Source: Nitrosopumilaceae archaeon (GTDB lineage Archaea > Thermoproteota > Nitrososphaeria > Nitrososphaerales > Nitrosopumilaceae). From it: 64,000 nt of DNA. The stretch lies in contig CBDBCR010000001.1 in the NCBI GenBank assembly GCA_965203465.1, positions 864,001-928,000 on the forward strand, given 5' to 3'. The notes under the pieces were generated by a model. The model worked only from the letters and a program-made list of their open reading frames with translations, was not told the origin of the DNA and did no database searches. Positions 39,334-50,009 of this stretch are shown in pieces (the stretch's first letter is position 1; every line of letters begins with the position of its first letter). The position numbers and the translations under genes were made by a program.

Positions 39334-42300
39334 ATGCTTGCTCCTCGGCGCCGCTACGTGGACGAAAAATCCGGGGCGCCCGACAGGATCGAGGAATGCG
39401 ACGGCGGGGGTTTTGTAGACCTGGCATCAAAGAAAATACCGAAAATCGAGAGTTCGTGCGACGAATTCAAAGAGTTGGCGTACGCAGAACGGGTTGAAAC
39501 GCTGGACGGGTTGGACGGCAGACGGCTCGCCTTTGAAAAGAGTAGAAGGGCCGCATCACGCAGGCAAGTTGCCAGGGCTGTCTGCGCTATGGGAAACAAG
39601 GACGGGGGCTTTGTGCATCTGGGCGTCCGGCGCGACGGAACTGTAGCGGGCTTGGAAAAAGACATGGCGCTGCTCGGCTTTACAGACTACGAAGACCAGA
39701 TGTGGAACCACATAATTGATTCAATAAAGAACCTTGTCAAGGACGACGCGTTCGTCTCGACAAAGATCCGGGCGGGTTTTCGAAATATGGGCGGCTCCAC
39801 GATCTGCATAATCCAAGTCCTGCCGTCTGACATGCCGCTATTCTTGCACGGTTCCAAGAACAAAGAGTTCTACGTCAGAGGCCCGGGGCCCCGCTCTGGC
39901 ATGCTGAAAGGCCCGAGCATGGAGAGGTATATCTTTGGTCGGTTCCGCGTAGTCTGCGACGGGGGAGGAGTCCTGCAGAGTGTCTCGGACATCGCGCGAA
40001 AGATGGACCGCCTCAGCAGGGGCACCATCAGCGGCATTTCCACGAAAATACGCAGGACGGCAATACCGTTCGGGGATCGCGTCTCGGAGCTGGAAAGGGA
40101 CCTGGTAGAAAGCGGCAAGGTGGCGGTCATCGGAGAAAGGGGATCGGGCAAGAGCGTCCTGCTGTGCCACGCCTACGGGCGGCTCGCCGCAAACCGGCCG
40201 GCGTTTTTCGTAAGATGCGACCAATACCTGGGCGTCGAATCGTTTGAAGAGCTGGACAGAAAGATAATGCCGGGGCGGAGTTTCACGGACACCGTGCACG
40301 GCGTAGCAAGGCACGCGCCGCCGGTGATAATTTTCGATTCCGTCGACGCGATCGGCAGGAACAAAAAAACCATGGACGCCTTCCAGTACATGCTGAAAGA
40401 GATTTGGGGGAACGACAGAATCAGCACCGTCATCTCTGTCCGAAGCTACGACTACGAGTATTCGGAGATCATAAAAAAGACAGACTGGGGGAAGGAATAC
40501 GCCATGAAGCCGCTCGCCGATTCCGAGGTAGAGGCGGTGCTCTCGGATCTGGGCAACCCCAACGTGCCCGACGAACTGAGGGGCGTGCTGCGCAACCCGT
40601 TCCGCCTCAACCTCCTGGCCCTCATACTTGGAAAGGCGCCTGACGCTGACTTTGCGGATGTGCGGCACGAGGCCGATCTGTACGATAAGCACTGGGACGA
40701 GTGCGTGGAAAAGACGGACGGGCCCGCAGAGGCGCGGGGCGTCCTGTACAGCGTCTCCCAGAAAATGCTGGAAACGCAGCGGGTTTCGGTACAATACGAC
40801 CACTTTGGGGATCCGGGCCAGATGGCCCAAATCTGCAGCGGCAACGTGCTCGTTAGGAATCGGGGCTCGCTGGAATTTTTCCACCACGCGTACCTGGACT
40901 ACGTGGTGTCCAGGCTCATCCTCGAGGGCAAGGGCGTCGTGGACTTTGTCTCAAAAGACAAGTACAACATGTTCCTGCGGCCTACGATCGTCTTCGCCCT
41001 GTCGCTGCTCCACAATCGTGATCCGGCGCGGTTTACCAGCACGATGGAGCGGATGCTACAGTCGGATCTAAAGTACTATTGGAAGATATCGGCGCTTACG
41101 GCCATGTCGCAGATCGGCGGCTTGGAGGGGCAGGACTTTTCCAAGATCGGCGCTCTGCTCACCGGGGAGAAAATGCTGCAGAGGCATTTTCTAGCGGAAG
41201 CCGCCAAACGGGCCAACCCGTTCTGGTTCGAGCTGTGGAAAGGCACCGCCTTTGCAGAGTGGATTTCGGATCCGGGCATAAACGCCTATTTCCTGATGGG
41301 CTATCTGCGGTCGATCGCGGACAAAGTCGACGGCGAAGACCTGTTCCGTGCGATACAAAAGATCGTCGGACGCCTGGGCAACAGTTCCGCCCAGCGACAC
41401 GCGGTGGAACTGGCGGCCGGGATCGACGCGAGCGGGAGGGCGGACTGGATGTCCAAGATGGCTACCAACGAGCACGTGCACGTGCGGGCGGGGCTGGCAG
41501 AGTCGCTCCCGAAACTGCTCGATGCGTGCCCCCAAGCCGTCCCAGGCATATTCTGCGACCTGTTTACGTACGAGGAAAAGTCAAAGGAAAAGACCACCGC
41601 CGCGTCGTACGGCACGTTCAGCCTGACGAGCAGCCTGCGTCAGGAGAACATGATGGTGGTCTGGCGGCTGGGCGAGTTGTTCCCGTCGCTGCTGGAAAAA
41701 GACCCGGCCCGAATGGTACGCGCAGCCGTGCGGCTTTTTGAAGGGATGTACTCTTTCGAACTGAAGAGACGGGAAGGGCGCATAGTGGAAGGCGGCGCAA
41801 AGTACTCGATGCACGGTTTGGACGCGCAGAGCAAGATTCTCAAAAGCGTCAAGGAACACATGGCCAAGTGCGACGCAAAGGATCTACGCGAGCTTGCCGC
41901 CGTCGCTGGCGGCACCAAGCTGGCCGCGTTCCGCTCCATTAGGATGGACGCCATGGTGTCCAAGAAGGAAGAGTTCCTGCAGGAGATATTAGACGACATA
42001 TCCGACCCTCAAGTCTACGATGTGGGTTCCATGACGGACAGCGTCCGCGCGGCCATCAGCGCCATTTCGGACAGGCTGGACAAGGATCAGACGCGCCGCC
42101 TGCTGGACACAGTCATGGGCATACGCCCCCCTGAAGGAAAGCGCGAAGCTTGGAGGGCCGAGGCGGCGCTCAGGCGCAGGGCGGAGTTTCTGTCCGCGTT
42201 CCCGCGCGACGCGCTGGAGCCGGAGCACCTTGCCGTCTTGGACAGCCCTCCCCCGGAGCGCCGCGCGCCCGAAATAACCTACGAGCTTGCAAAGCGGGAA

Positions 42301-43449
42301 GCCGAGCCCGATCCCAAGGAAATCGCAAAGGCGTATCTTGGCGGCAAGCGCGGCCAGTCCGAGGTAAAAGTCCTGTGGGGCTTGCTGGATCTTTTGGACG
42401 AAGGGGCAGATCTTGGAAAAAATACCGCCTGCATACGCCGGCTGCTGGACGACTGCAAGGATCATCCAGACCCCGCAGAAGACTCAGAGCCCGAGCGGGG
42501 CAACTTTATCACGCTGGGCTATACGGTCCGCGGGCTGGCGGCCGAATGCGCCGTCGTGACGGTGAGCAAATACAAGGACGCCTCGCTCGTGCCGCTCGTG
42601 AAAGAGCTGTCAGGGGACGGCGTGAACTTGGTGCGCTGCAGCGTGTGCAAAAGGCTGGCAGAGCTGGCAGACTACGACTACGGCCTGGCCTACGAGATCG
42701 CCCTGGAATACAGCTGCGAGCAAGACCTGCACGTGCAGTTTTACGTGCCAGACATGATCAGGGTGGCCGCGGGCAAGGATCCCGCCCAGGCGTCTGTCCT
42801 GCTGGAGAGCGCGGTGCGCGCAGGCAACAAGTCCGAGCTTGTCAGCAGCTACCTGCTTTATCTGGCGCTGGTCGAGGGCGAGCCAAGAGCAAACAGCCTG
42901 CTGGACGGGGCGCTAGGCGATCCGTCAGAGAAGGAGATTCGCATGAACCTGCCCTTCCAGCTGAAGCAGTTCTTCCCGCGATTCGAGGATCAGGTCCTGC
43001 GCATGTTCTACCGGCTCTTGGGCGATCCGGACAACGAAGTCCGCGAAAAAGCGTCGTTCTTCCTTTTCGGCCTGATAGAAGACAACGCGGGCGCAGACGA
43101 CGGACTGCTGGGCAAGATCGCGCCGCATCTGGACCGCATCGCGTCAGAGACCGGGCGCGAAAGGTGGGATCCGAGGCTCTTCGAAGAACTGGTGCGGTTT
43201 TTGGAGCAGTTCTGGCAAGAGATGCCCGCCAAGTCTATAGAATACCTGGAAAAGATCGCCGGCGTCAGGGAATACGTGGCGGGGCAGCCGGCTTTGGCCG
43301 ACGGATCGGTGAACGTGCTCTCGGGCCTGCTCAACAGCCCGCGGGCCGACGGAGAAACGCAAAGGTGCCTTGACATACTGGACACGTACGTGATGGCCGG
43401 ATGGCCCAATGCCCTGGAACTGGTGACGGCGATGGAAAAGCGCGACTGA
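39334..43449 (+). CDS. AlbA_2 (Schlafen-like) + STAND/NACHT ATPase + helical repeats; Avs2-like
   Basis: AVCAMGNKDGG.VHLGV..DG...GL and FYVR (AlbA_2); GERGSGKS, IIFDSVD, ISVRSYD, LRNPFRL, FFHHAYLDY; C-terminal LDTYVMAGWPNA. Confidence 0.82.
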   Translation: MLAPRRRYVDEKSGAPDRIEECDGGGFVDLASKKIPKIESSCDEFKELAYAERVETLDGLDGRRLAFEKSRRAASRRQVARAVCAMGNKDGGFVHLGVRRDGTVAGLEKDMALLGFTDYEDQMWNHIIDSIKNLVKDDAFVSTKIRAGFRNMGGSTICIIQVLPSDMPLFLHGSKNKEFYVRGPGPRSGMLKGPSMERYIFGRFRVVCDGGGVLQSVSDIARKMDRLSRGTISGISTKIRRTAIPFGDRVSELERDLVESGKVAVIGERGSGKSVLLCHAYGRLAANRPAFFVRCDQYLGVESFEELDRKIMPGRSFTDTVHGVARHAPPVIIFDSVDAIGRNKKTMDAFQYMLKEIWGNDRISTVISVRSYDYEYSEIIKKTDWGKEYAMKPLADSEVEAVLSDLGNPNVPDELRGVLRNPFRLNLLALILGKAPDADFADVRHEADLYDKHWDECVEKTDGPAEARGVLYSVSQKMLETQRVSVQYDHFGDPGQMAQICSGNVLVRNRGSLEFFHHAYLDYVVSRLILEGKGVVDFVSKDKYNMFLRPTIVFALSLLHNRDPARFTSTMERMLQSDLKYYWKISALTAMSQIGGLEGQDFSKIGALLTGEKMLQRHFLAEAAKRANPFWFELWKGTAFAEWISDPGINAYFLMGYLRSIADKVDGEDLFRAIQKIVGRLGNSSAQRHAVELAAGIDASGRADWMSKMATNEHVHVRAGLAESLPKLLDACPQAVPGIFCDLFTYEEKSKEKTTAASYGTFSLTSSLRQENMMVVWRLGELFPSLLEKDPARMVRAAVRLFEGMYSFELKRREGRIVEGGAKYSMHGLDAQSKILKSVKEHMAKCDAKDLRELAAVAGGTKLAAFRSIRMDAMVSKKEEFLQEILDDISDPQVYDVGSMTDSVRAAISAISDRLDKDQTRRLLDTVMGIRPPEGKREAWRAEAALRRRAEFLSAFPRDALEPEHLAVLDSPPPERRAPEITYELAKREAEPDPKEIAKAYLGGKRGQSEVKVLWGLLDLLDEGADLGKNTACIRRLLDDCKDHPDPAEDSEPERGNFITLGYTVRGLAAECAVVTVSKYKDASLVPLVKELSGDGVNLVRCSVCKRLAELADYDYGLAYEIALEYSCEQDLHVQFYVPDMIRVAAGKDPAQASVLLESAVRAGNKSELVSSYLLYLALVEGEPRANSLLDGALGDPSEKEIRMNLPFQLKQFFPRFEDQVLRMFYRLLGDPDNEVREKASFFLFGLIEDNAGADDGLLGKIAPHLDRIASETGRERWDPRLFEELVRFLEQFWQEMPAKSIEYLEKIAGVREYVAGQPALADGSVNVLSGLLNSPRADGETQRCLDILDTYVMAGWPNALELVTAMEKRD

Positions 43450-43788
43450 GTTTTTGGGCGTGCCGTCGACCTGACCGGGCGCGAGGTTCCCACGCCCCCG
43501 GCCTCCACGAGGGCCGTCTCATTTCTGTCGGGGCGCTAGTCTGGAACGGCGCGGATCGAGGTGCGCCGAACCGGCCGCCCGCGCAGGCACGCCTCGGATC
43601 GAAAGGCGGCCGGTGGTTCCGCCGGATCCGCGACCTGTCAGAGCTGCGGGCGAACGGGCCGCCGGCCGGGCCCGAGATTGCTATCGCCGGCGCGCTCGCG
43701 CGGGTCGCGGAGTCGGGCAGTCTTTGGGAAGAGAATGCCCGCCGGCAGGCCGCGGCGCGAACGCGCCTTTGCAAGCCCCGCCGTCCGG

Positions 43789-44085
43789 CTAGTTTCGCAT
43801 TTTTTCCACTTTGGTTCTGAGCGTGGCTATCTCCACGCCGTCCTGTTCGAGCATCTCGAATATGGGAGGTAGCAGGCTCGTGTCCCGCTTTACCGCGGCG
43901 ACGTTTGCTTGCACGCTGGAGGATGCCTTTTCCAAGCGTTCTATTTTTCCGTCAATGTCTGCCAGCCTAGCCTCGATTCTGTCGAACCGCTTGTACATGT
44001 ACTCGTGGGATGTGTTTAGGTTTTTGACGAGAGCCTTTACGAACGCGTTGAACTGTTCGGCAGTCACCGAGTTGTTGGACGCCAC
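43789..44085 (-). CDS. Small coiled-coil protein
   Basis: Heptads RFDRIEARLADIDGKIERLE; GTG start inferred. Confidence 0.65.
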   Translation of the reverse strand: MASNNSVTAEQFNAFVKALVKNLNTSHEYMYKRFDRIEARLADIDGKIERLEKASSSVQANVAAVKRDTSLLPPIFEMLEQDGVEIATLRTKVEKMRN

Positions 44086-44950
44086 GGTGTTGGGGTACGC
44101 CCCGGGACATATTAACATTGTGTTGTACTATACGGTACGCTTGCTCCGCATGCCGTGACCGGGCGTCCGGCGAGCCCGACACGGCCACTTTTGGCGTGCG
44201 CGGCCGGGACGGCCGGAGTGATGTACCCACGCCCTCGCCACCCGCACGTCCGCCTAGCGCCGAACCTTGGCCCCGGGGCACCTGCCGTCCCTACATGAGT
44301 GCGCGCGGCACGGCACCTTGCAGGATCGTTGCCACGGCCCGCGACATCGGCCTGTCCGGCTCCTGTGTATGCTTCGTGGCGCGGGCGTTACCGGGACAGC
44401 CGCCCGTCGCGTACGTGTCCAAGACGCCGAGGCCAGGATCGAAGAGCGTGTCCAAAAAGATGGCAAAGGCACTTGGCCAGAAGAGGCGGCGCGGAGCCGG
44501 GCTACGCGGTAGGCTAGCGCGGCCAGACGGCAAGGGACGCAAGAGGGGCCCGTCGGATGGGCACGGTAGCGCCTGCTTGGCCGCCCCCCGCGCTGCGGGC
44601 ATTCCGTCTCGGACGCTGGGTGGAGGTGAATGCGTGCCGAACACAACAGACGCAACTTTTATTGGCGGTCGGTTCTCAGACAGACCGTTTGGGTCATTTC
44701 AGGCGCGACGCGCGCAAGACAGGCGGCGGGTACCAGTCCGCAGAAAATTCAAAACCCGGAGCCAAGATCCCCTCGCCTTGGTATGTTTTCGGAAGATTGG
44801 AGCGGGGACTGCAAGTCAACCAGCTAAACTTCATAGAGAACCACATCGGCTCGTACGAACTTTTTGAGCGGATGATGGGCTTCCAGTATTTCATCAACAA
44901 TACAGTCACCCAATCACTAGAGGTTATGAGTAATCTACCAAATCTCGAAT

Positions 44951-46439
44951 AGAAGTCATGCGTAATCCCCCGGAGTCCGGCCCCGGGCCGGCGCGCAGCG
45001 CCGCTACACATGCATGAATATTGATAATATTACGCGGACAGAGCCGTATCCGCAAAGGCGCGTGCGGCGACAGCCTTGAGAGAGTTTCTGCCCTTCTGCC
45101 GCTCTTCGCGGCCGCAGTTAGCGGCTGCGCGCCGTCTTGGGCCCCGGCTTCTTGCCCTTGCGGTGGGTGTTGTTCTTGTCCGGCGAGCCGGTGAGCAGGT
45201 GCAGGTTCACCAGTCCGGTGACCACGATCAGATCCCTCCTCGCGGTTTTCTTGGGGCGGCGCACCCGGTGCCTCAGCCGAGCGAACGTCTTGATCCTGCG
45301 GTTGGTGTGCTCTATCTTTACGCGCCTGCGGTTCACCCGGCGGTTGTGCGCCCTGGCCTTCTTGGTCTTGCTCTCGGCCCGGGGCAGCGGCATCTTTATC
45401 ACGGCTCCGGGGTGGTCCTTCTCCAGGCCCCTGTACCCCTTGTCCACCAGCTCTACCATCTGCATGGCGCCGCTCTTCCCCTCCAGGCACTTTGTGACCA
45501 GGCCCAGGTCGGCCCCCAATTCGCGCAAAACGGTCAGGTCGTGGGTGCTGCCCGGAGCCAGTTCGCTCACGCCCATTATCGCCCCGTTGATGTTGGTGTC
45601 TATCGAGACGTTGTCCGCGATGTCCTTTTTTCTGCCGTTGTAGCTCTTTTTCCTCTCTTTGGCGTCGGTGGGGCGCTCCTTGGCCATGAGCATGCCGTCG
45701 GTGGTCTTGACGTTGCCCGGCATCGTCTCGCCCGGATCGCCGGCGGCGCCCGGCTCGAGGCCGGCCGCCTTTTCGAAGGCGGCCATCACCTCTGCCAGCA
45801 CGTTCTGGATCTCCTCGGGGGTCTTGGCCTTTCTTATCCTCTCGGCGATGTTGTCCCCGGTGGGCAGAAATTTGATCAGCACCTGCGCCACGTACTCGCA
45901 GTACCTGCTGACGCTGGTCTGGCTGACGTTGTGGATCGACGCCACGTAGTCCTGCGAGGCTCCGTGCCGGAGGTACTCCAGGTAGATGAACAGCATGTGC
46001 CTGGGCGCCAGGGCGCAGCGCCGCCCGGCGGAGCTTTCCGTGCCAGGCTTGCCCCAGTACAGCGGCGAATTCGGATCCTTGGCCATGTACCTGGCCAGCG
46101 CCGCCGCCGCCCGGTGGAAGTTGAGCGCCCTCATCCCGGTCTTGATCCCCAGCACCCTGTCATCGGCTAGGTACGAGTCTATCATTACGACGGTCGCCAG
46201 CATCACGGCGTCGAATTCGGAGAGGCCCGTCGCTTCCGCCATGAACTTTAGCGCGCGGCCCTGCGTTTCCGGCGTCGGAATGGCCCTCGGCCTGCCTCTT
46301 GCCATGGCCGCGAGGGCCCGGATCGCCGGATCTTAAGGTTTCGATCAGAATTCTTTAGACAAGAAGTCTAGAAAAGTTGATTCATTGCGCGCGGCCCGCC
46401 GCGCAAAACTGAGACTGAGGGGGATTACGCATGACTTCT
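44951..46439 (-). mobile_element. IS5-family (DDE_Tnp_4/HARBI1-like) element
   Basis: Perfect 21-bp TIR AGAAGTCATGCGTAATCCCCC; 3-bp TSD AAT (44948-44950, 46440-46442). Confidence 0.93.
45118..46305 (-). CDS. IS5-family transposase
   Basis: TTDG, YNGRKK, PGSTHD, VDKGYRG, RVKIEH. Confidence 0.92.
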   Translation of the reverse strand: MARGRPRAIPTPETQGRALKFMAEATGLSEFDAVMLATVVMIDSYLADDRVLGIKTGMRALNFHRAAAALARYMAKDPNSPLYWGKPGTESSAGRRCALAPRHMLFIYLEYLRHGASQDYVASIHNVSQTSVSRYCEYVAQVLIKFLPTGDNIAERIRKAKTPEEIQNVLAEVMAAFEKAAGLEPGAAGDPGETMPGNVKTTDGMLMAKERPTDAKERKKSYNGRKKDIADNVSIDTNINGAIMGVSELAPGSTHDLTVLRELGADLGLVTKCLEGKSGAMQMVELVDKGYRGLEKDHPGAVIKMPLPRAESKTKKARAHNRRVNRRRVKIEHTNRRIKTFARLRHRVRRPKKTARRDLIVVTGLVNLHLLTGSPDKNNTHRKGKKPGPKTARSR

Positions 46440-47444
46440 AATATCCGTGCCTAGAAAAACTCAACCGGCGCGTTTACGCAGACTCTACTCAACCAAAAAG
46501 GCGTGCCGGAGGATGCTTCTGATCAGGTCATGGCCGACGCCGCCATTCTTGGGATTCTGGAACAGAACATCCTGTACATGTTTTCTGCACTTCGCCCGCT
46601 CGAACAAGGATCCGTCCACGCCTATTGCGCGCTTGTGCGCCCGGTGCTCGAATCCGTACACAAATGCTTTTTCCTGATGAAGCATCCGGAGAGCACCAAG
46701 AAGTTTTTGCTGTCAGAGACGTACGATGCGTGGAAAAGAACCCAACAGTACGAAAAATCACCCGCAACCCCTCAAGCGTTCCTCGAATCTGACGCAGCTC
46801 AGTGGGCCTTGCGCGGCCGAAAAATCACACCGGACGAATTTAACAAGTTTCGCGACAACCACACAAATTACAGAATAAGGGCAAAAATCTACGAAACAGA
46901 TACGCTGAGACACCAGCACAGTTTCTACTCGATGCTGAACACCAGCTCGCACGCGAACATACTCAGATCTCTGGAAGACACGGCTCTGTCAGAAGACAGG
47001 GCGATGAAGGTTCTCACCGATCTGTCTTTTTTCAACCTGTTCCTTATGTTCAATTCCCAGTACAAGACGTTATGCGAGCTGGGCCTCATGGAAGAGGCAA
47101 AGCGGTTCATCGTGGACGCACAGCAGAGCCTAAAAGTCCACCTGGGAGTCACGTCCTTGTACCCGGACAAAAAAGGATACTCGGACATTCTGGTTTTGGC
47201 GCCAAGGCGGAAGAAACGAAGTCGGCGCCGCGGCTCGCTGCCCGCCAGAGACCGGCGACGAGTCACGGTATGAGAATCCGGCCAAACGGCGTTTGCCGCC
47301 CGTGCTGAGGCAGCCCCGCCGGAATCCCCGCGCGGCGTTGACGGACGCGGCAGAGGCCGCCCGGGCACGGGCGGGCGCGCCGTCCGGAATCTTCGAGGCC
47401 GCATGCAAGAATAGCCGGGCAGCCAAGCCTTCCCGGCGGGCCGG

Positions 47445-47612
47445 CTACATGTAAAACTTGTACTCGTGCCTCAGATCGTCGTCGTCCACGTACGCCATCA
47501 CCTCCCCTACGCGCCTGGAGAAGAACAGCGTGATGGGCTGCGCTAGGCTAAAGTCGGCGCTGTTCCAGTTCATCTTGCTAAGGGCCAGGATCTCTGCCAG
47601 CACCGTCTCCGG
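47445..47612 (-). pseudogene. Prokaryotic Argonaute PIWI C-terminal relic (55 aa)
   Basis: PETVLAEILALSKMNWNSADFSLAQPITLFFSRRVGEVM...YKFYM*; in-frame stop just upstream. Confidence 0.85.
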
Positions 47613-47779
47613 AAAGAAGAAACGCCCGGCCTACAGGCACGAACCTCGACATTTGGCGCGACATTGGTAAACACGAGGGCGACGGGCCGCGCCCGCGCGG
47701 ATGCGGCAGGCCAGCCGATGCCGGCCCCGTCAGGGCGGCGGCACTGGCCACATCCCACCCGAGATGCGCGCGGAGCAGG

Positions 47780-47870
47780 CGCGCCCGCCTTCCGGACGCC
47801 GTTTCGGCCCGCTTGGCCGCGTTAGTGATCGGGAACCGCCCTCCAATCGGCCGACATTCTGGGTTAACCG
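47780..47870 (+). repeat. Dispersed element copy 4 (diverged)
   Basis: GCCGTTTCGGCCCGCTTGGCCG...GATCGGGAACC...TTCTGGGTTAACCG. Confidence 0.75.
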
Positions 47871-47916
47871 GTTGGTATGGAAATGTATAAATCTACGGCT
47901 CGATTTCTAACAGAAC

Positions 47917-48780
47917 GTGGGGAACACCATGGATGACAGCAACCAGCTGTTTTCGCAACACATGGGCCTAGAGAAAAAAGAACTCCAGACAAATTCTATG
48001 GACAATGATCTACGGATGCGCATTTGGAACGTTATGTACAAATTTTATTTTGATCAAAGTTGTTTCTATAACAATAGGCACAAGAATATAAAATTTGTAC
48101 ATGAACCCATAACGAAATCGCAGATATTTTCAAAGATTTTTGACAGCATTTTCAAGGAAGACGCGAGTAATTATCTCCACATCACTGATGTTAAAGACAG
48201 ATTCTCTAAAATAAAATGGTATAAGGTTTATGACTTAGTTGATTTTATGTTATTAAACTTCCCGCTCAACACGGACGCCCTCCGAGACGAACTCAACCGG
48301 GTTTTGAAAGAAGAATCCGCAGGCTACCGCATCGGAGACAACAAAGTCATTCCCATAACGAACAAGCTCGAAATGGACGAGGTATCAAAAGCACAGCACA
48401 CGGCCATGGACGAAATCAACAAACATGTAAGATCCTCCGTCGCTCTCCTGTCAAACAAGGAAAGCCCCGACCCACCCAACGCCATAAAAGAAGCCATAAG
48501 CGCAGTCGAGGCGCTGTGCAGGAAAATTTCGGGCGACAACAACGCATCCCTCGGCCAAGCGCTGTGCAAGATCAAAGAGAAACGCCCCAAACTGATCGAC
48601 GGGCATCTAGAGGAAGCCGTGAAAAAACTATACAAGTTCTCCAACGACTCGAGCGGCGTGAGGCATTCGCATGCAGAGGGCAAGACCCAGGTAAGCTTTG
48701 ACGAAGCCAAGTTCATGGTGGTGGTCTGCTCTGCGATCGTGAATTACCTGATCATGAGGCACGGTGACTGGGAGGCGTAG
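47917..48780 (+). CDS. AbiJ-NTD4 + HEPN protein
   Basis: FSQHMG, LRMRIWN, WYKVYDLVDF, AIKEAISAVEA, GVRHSH, EAKFM; low GC. Confidence 0.85.
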   Translation: MGNTMDDSNQLFSQHMGLEKKELQTNSMDNDLRMRIWNVMYKFYFDQSCFYNNRHKNIKFVHEPITKSQIFSKIFDSIFKEDASNYLHITDVKDRFSKIKWYKVYDLVDFMLLNFPLNTDALRDELNRVLKEESAGYRIGDNKVIPITNKLEMDEVSKAQHTAMDEINKHVRSSVALLSNKESPDPPNAIKEAISAVEALCRKISGDNNASLGQALCKIKEKRPKLIDGHLEEAVKKLYKFSNDSSGVRHSHAEGKTQVSFDEAKFMVVVCSAIVNYLIMRHGDWEA

Positions 48781-49202
48781 CCCGCCGGCCGGGCGTCGCC
48801 GGAAAGCCCGCCTGCGGGCGCGGTTTTTGACAGAAGGCGTCTCGGCCGCGGGCAGCGCAAGCCCGTCCGAACAACGGCTGGCCGACTGCGCCCGCGCGTT
48901 TCCATAGAGGCGAAACGGACTGGTCGCAAAGACGCGCCAGAGGCGGCCTCAAGATCTGCCAAGCGCCGCCTGCCAGATACCAGCAGGGCGCTCCATGATT
49001 GCCCGATCCGCCGGGTGCGGCCAGGCTGCCGAACTCGGTTCGGGTGTCGGCCGGTCCTGCGATGCCCGCCGCCATAAACCGCTGGCCCTTCGGTCGCTTT
49101 GGTCAGGCTGCGCGCGCGGGTCTTTGTCACACGGCGGGGCCGCGGCCGGCCCGCCATCCAGCCCATCGCAACACAGACGGCCAAGATACAGGACGGTACA
49201 AT

Positions 49203-49338
49203 CGGTTAACCCAAAAGTTCCGCCGGCGGGCTCAGTTTCTGATCGCGGACGCTGTCGGGCGGGGCGAAACGGCGGCAACGCCAAAAACTCGGGCTCGTCC
49301 GGTCCCGTTCCAGGCGCGGACCGAGTAGGCCGGCGCGC
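49203..49338 (-). repeat. Dispersed element copy 5
   Basis: Reverse complement reads ...GCCGCCGTTTCG...GCGATCAGAAACTGAGCCCGCCGGCGGAACTTTTGGGTTAACCG. Confidence 0.85.
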
Positions 49339-49589
49339 AGCGCCGCCGGCCGGATCCGGGCGCAGGCAGGAACCGGGCTACGGGGGGCGCGGCGCCGGCG
49401 CTGCCCGCCGCCGGGAACGCGCCGCCCGCCCAGCGCGGGAATGCCGGATATCGCCAAAGACCGCCATCGCGCCGCCGTCCAGGCAAAGGCTGAAAGCCCG
49501 GCTCCCGTTCGAGCGCGAGGCGCGCATGGCGTGCGCTCGCGAAAAGCGCCGCGGCCTCCAGGGACGGGATCGGCAGGCTACGCGGGGGC

Positions 49590-49895
49590 GGGGCCGGCCA
49601 CCACGCCTGCGAGGACATCGCCGTCATGAGGTCCCTGCCGGGCATGAAGGCGGTGCGTCCTGGCGATCCGGTCGAGGCGCGCGAGCTGCCGCTCCAGCGC
49701 CACCGGATGGAAGGGCCCGTCTATTTCAGGCTGGGCAGGAACGGCGAGCCGGACGTGCACGCGGACGCCGAAAACGCGCGGTTCGGCAGGGCCAAGGCGT
49801 CGGACGGAAAGGACGCGGCCCTGTACAGCATGCGCACCATGAAGCCGCTCGGTTCGGAAAAGATGGCAGATCTGGCATCGCCGAAAGTGCTCTAG
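49590..49895 (+). pseudogene. Transketolase C-terminal subunit relic
   Basis: HHACEDIAVMRSLPGMKAVRPGDPVEA...GPVYFRLGRNGEP. Confidence 0.75.
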
Positions 49896-50009
49896 TGGCC
49901 CTCCAAGCGCGCGGCCGGGGCCTCGGGCACCTGCACCGCAGAGGCCGCAGCGCAGGCCGGCGGCGCCAAGCTCGCGCTCCGCGCCAAGCCGCTACTATTT
50001 ATACAGTTC

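Larger units (their letters stand above)
44689..47273 (+). pseudogene. DUF5677-like paralog 3, interrupted by an IS5-family element
   Basis: HIGSYELFERMMGFQYF before the IS; ALVRPVLE...YSMLNTSSH after it; one further frameshift near 46495. Confidence 0.85.

Noticed and set aside
48790-49195. Minus-strand coding-like fragments (e.g. WYLAGGAWQIL)
   Set aside because: Probably a gene relic, but broken by frameshifts and not identifiable, so not called.
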